Assembly: GCA_032128375.1 (NCBI GenBank)
Contig: JAQBGU010000078.1
Coordinates: 1-53,399 of the forward strand
Source: Deltaproteobacteria bacterium
GTDB taxonomy: Bacteria; Myxococcota_A; UBA9160; SMWR01
Reading direction: 5' to 3'
Length of the DNA: 53,399 nt
Position 1 is the first letter of the stretch; each line of letters begins with the position of its first letter. The notes beneath the pieces were generated by a model, which searched no databases, had not been told where the DNA came from, and worked only from the letters and a program-made list of their open reading frames with translations. Made by a program: the position numbers and the translations under genes. Below, in pieces: positions 51,849 through 53,399 of this stretch.

Positions 51849-53399
51849 ATGCCGACTCGGGGATTCATACTTCAACCCACCTACCGAATTCGCCAGCAGC
51901 AGCCGGTCATCCAATTGTTTGGCCGACTCGAAGATGGACGCGCGTTTCTCGTCGAAGACGATCGGTTTCGGCCCTACCTGTTCGCGCGAAAGTCCGACAT
52001 CGAGTCATTCGCGAAACTCGCCGCGATAGAGCGCACCGACAGCGACCTTTGCGACCTCGAAGGAAACGCCGTGGTGAGAGTCACTGTGCCGCTTCCTGCG
52101 GATATCCCCCCACTGCGTGAGCGATTGGAACGCGATGGCATCCAGACGTTCGAATCAGACATTCGCTTCCAATATCGCTTCCTGATCGATCACCAGATCA
52201 GGGCGAGTCTCGAAATCGAGGGCAGCGAAGACGAAAGGTCTGGGCTCGTCCGATTTCGCAATCCGACGCTGCGACCGACCTCATTTCGACCTTCCGTTTT
52301 GCATCTGCTCCGCACGTTGTCGATCGACCTGGAAACGACGCCAACGGCGAGCGAGATCTTCTCGGCCGCCCTCGCTACCAACGACGGCAGCGAGGAAGTC
52401 CACCTCGTGTACGCGAACCCGGTCGCGGGTGCAATCGTCCATCCAGACGAAAAGCGCATGCTGGTCGCGGTCAACGAGCGTATCCGACAGCTCGACCCGG
52501 ACATCATCACCGGTTGGAACGTCGTGGACTTCGACCTGAGAACCTGGACGAAACGCTGTAGCGCGCTGGGCATCGCCTGCCAGCTCGGCCGAATCCCGGG
52601 CGTCGTGAACTTCGCCCAGGACAGCAGTTTCACCCGGCAGACCAGAGCCGTCATCGCCGGACGCGTGGTGCTCGACGGCATTCCACTGGTGCGAGACGCG
52701 ATCCGGCTCGAGGACTATCGGCTCGAAACCGCGGCCCAGTCGCTGCTTGGCCGGGGCAAGCTGATCGACTCGCGGGCACCCGACGCATCCGTGGAAATCG
52801 GCCGGCTCTACCGCGACGACCCGGAAGCACTGGTTCGCTACAACCTCGAAGACGCGAGGCTCGTGCTCGATATCCTCGATCACGAAGGGCTTCTCGATTT
52901 GGCCGTCGAGCGCAGCTTGCTTTGCGGTATGCAACTCGACCGCGTCGGCGCCAGCATCGCATCTTTCGACTTGCTGTATCTGCCCGAGCTGCGGCAACGC
53001 GGCATCGTCGCGCCCAGCGTGAACGCGGCACAGAAGATCGCGATGGTTCGGGGTGGCGCGCTGCTCGACCCACGGCCGGGATTGTTTGAGAACGTCGCAG
53101 TATTCGATTTCAAGAGTCTCTACCCGAGCTTGATTCGCACCTTCAATCTCGACCCGATCGCCCATGCGCGCGGAGGCGCGGGGGAGCGCGATTCGATCGA
53201 AGCCCCGAACGGTGCGCGGTTTTCTCGCACCGACGCGATCTTGCCCGCAGTCATCGAACGCTTCATGGAACGTCGCGATGACGCCAAGAGGCGCGGCGAT
53301 CGCAATGCCGACCAGGCGATCAAGATCATGATGAACGCAATGTTCGGCGTCTTCGCGGCGTCGTCGTGTCGATTCTTCGACCCGCAGCTCGCGAACGCG
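51849..53399 (+). CDS. polB: Family B DNA polymerase II, 3' end outside the window
   Basis: Not in the ORF track (no stop). MPTRGFILQPTYRIR..., ExoI SIDLET, ExoII DIITGWNVVDFD, ExoIII YNLED, motif A FDFKSLYPS, motif B QAIKIMMNAMFG. Confidence 0.93.
   Translation, partial: MPTRGFILQPTYRIRQQQPVIQLFGRLEDGRAFLVEDDRFRPYLFARKSDIESFAKLAAIERTDSDLCDLEGNAVVRVTVPLPADIPPLRERLERDGIQTFESDIRFQYRFLIDHQIRASLEIEGSEDERSGLVRFRNPTLRPTSFRPSVLHLLRTLSIDLETTPTASEIFSAALATNDGSEEVHLVYANPVAGAIVHPDEKRMLVAVNERIRQLDPDIITGWNVVDFDLRTWTKRCSALGIACQLGRIPGVVNFAQDSSFTRQTRAVIAGRVVLDGIPLVRDAIRLEDYRLETAAQSLLGRGKLIDSRAPDASVEIGRLYRDDPEALVRYNLEDARLVLDILDHEGLLDLAVERSLLCGMQLDRVGASIASFDLLYLPELRQRGIVAPSVNAAQKIAMVRGGALLDPRPGLFENVAVFDFKSLYPSLIRTFNLDPIAHARGGAGERDSIEAPNGARFSRTDAILPAVIERFMERRDDAKRRGDRNADQAIKIMMNAMFGVFAASSCRFFDPQLANA

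Noticed and set aside
52190..53329. Minus-strand ORFs at the right end
   Set aside because: Antisense to polB, whose exonuclease and polymerase motifs read continuously on the plus strand

Overview
GC-rich bacterial chromosomal segment. Gene content (many sulfatase-like lipoproteins, GT-C membrane proteins, IPTL-CTERM Cys-repeat protein, SMUG1, PolB) suggests a Myxococcota/deltaproteobacterial-type lineage; this is inference. About 40 protein-coding genes; no rRNA, tRNA, CRISPR, integrase or transposase was recognised. Housekeeping genes include prc, bolA, metH, the mla operon (mlaF and mlaE fused), a SMUG1-type UDG, alkaline phosphatase, a P450, a frameshifted aldehyde dehydrogenase and a partial polB. 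The most notable region is 32.5-36.5 kb, a bufferin-type RiPP/metallophore locus (BufA2-like precursor, DUF692/MNIO, DUF2063). It has unusual accessories: an upstream beta-lactamase-fold lipoprotein with its catalytic residues replaced, a stem-loop plus 12-bp tandem array between precursor and oxidase that keeps both in one open frame, and a convergent secreted His-rich protein with a classical C2H2 zinc finger. Also notable are a mosaic accessory region at 3.3-9.9 kb (gene relics, M23 peptidase, Nal1-like trypsin protease plus lipoprotein, Cys-repeat protein, vapBC), a GAF pseudo-histidine kinase, a metzincin/partner/GT-C operon, and a GH130/murQ chimeric junction at the left edge. All family calls are from motif recognition by eye; no searches were run.
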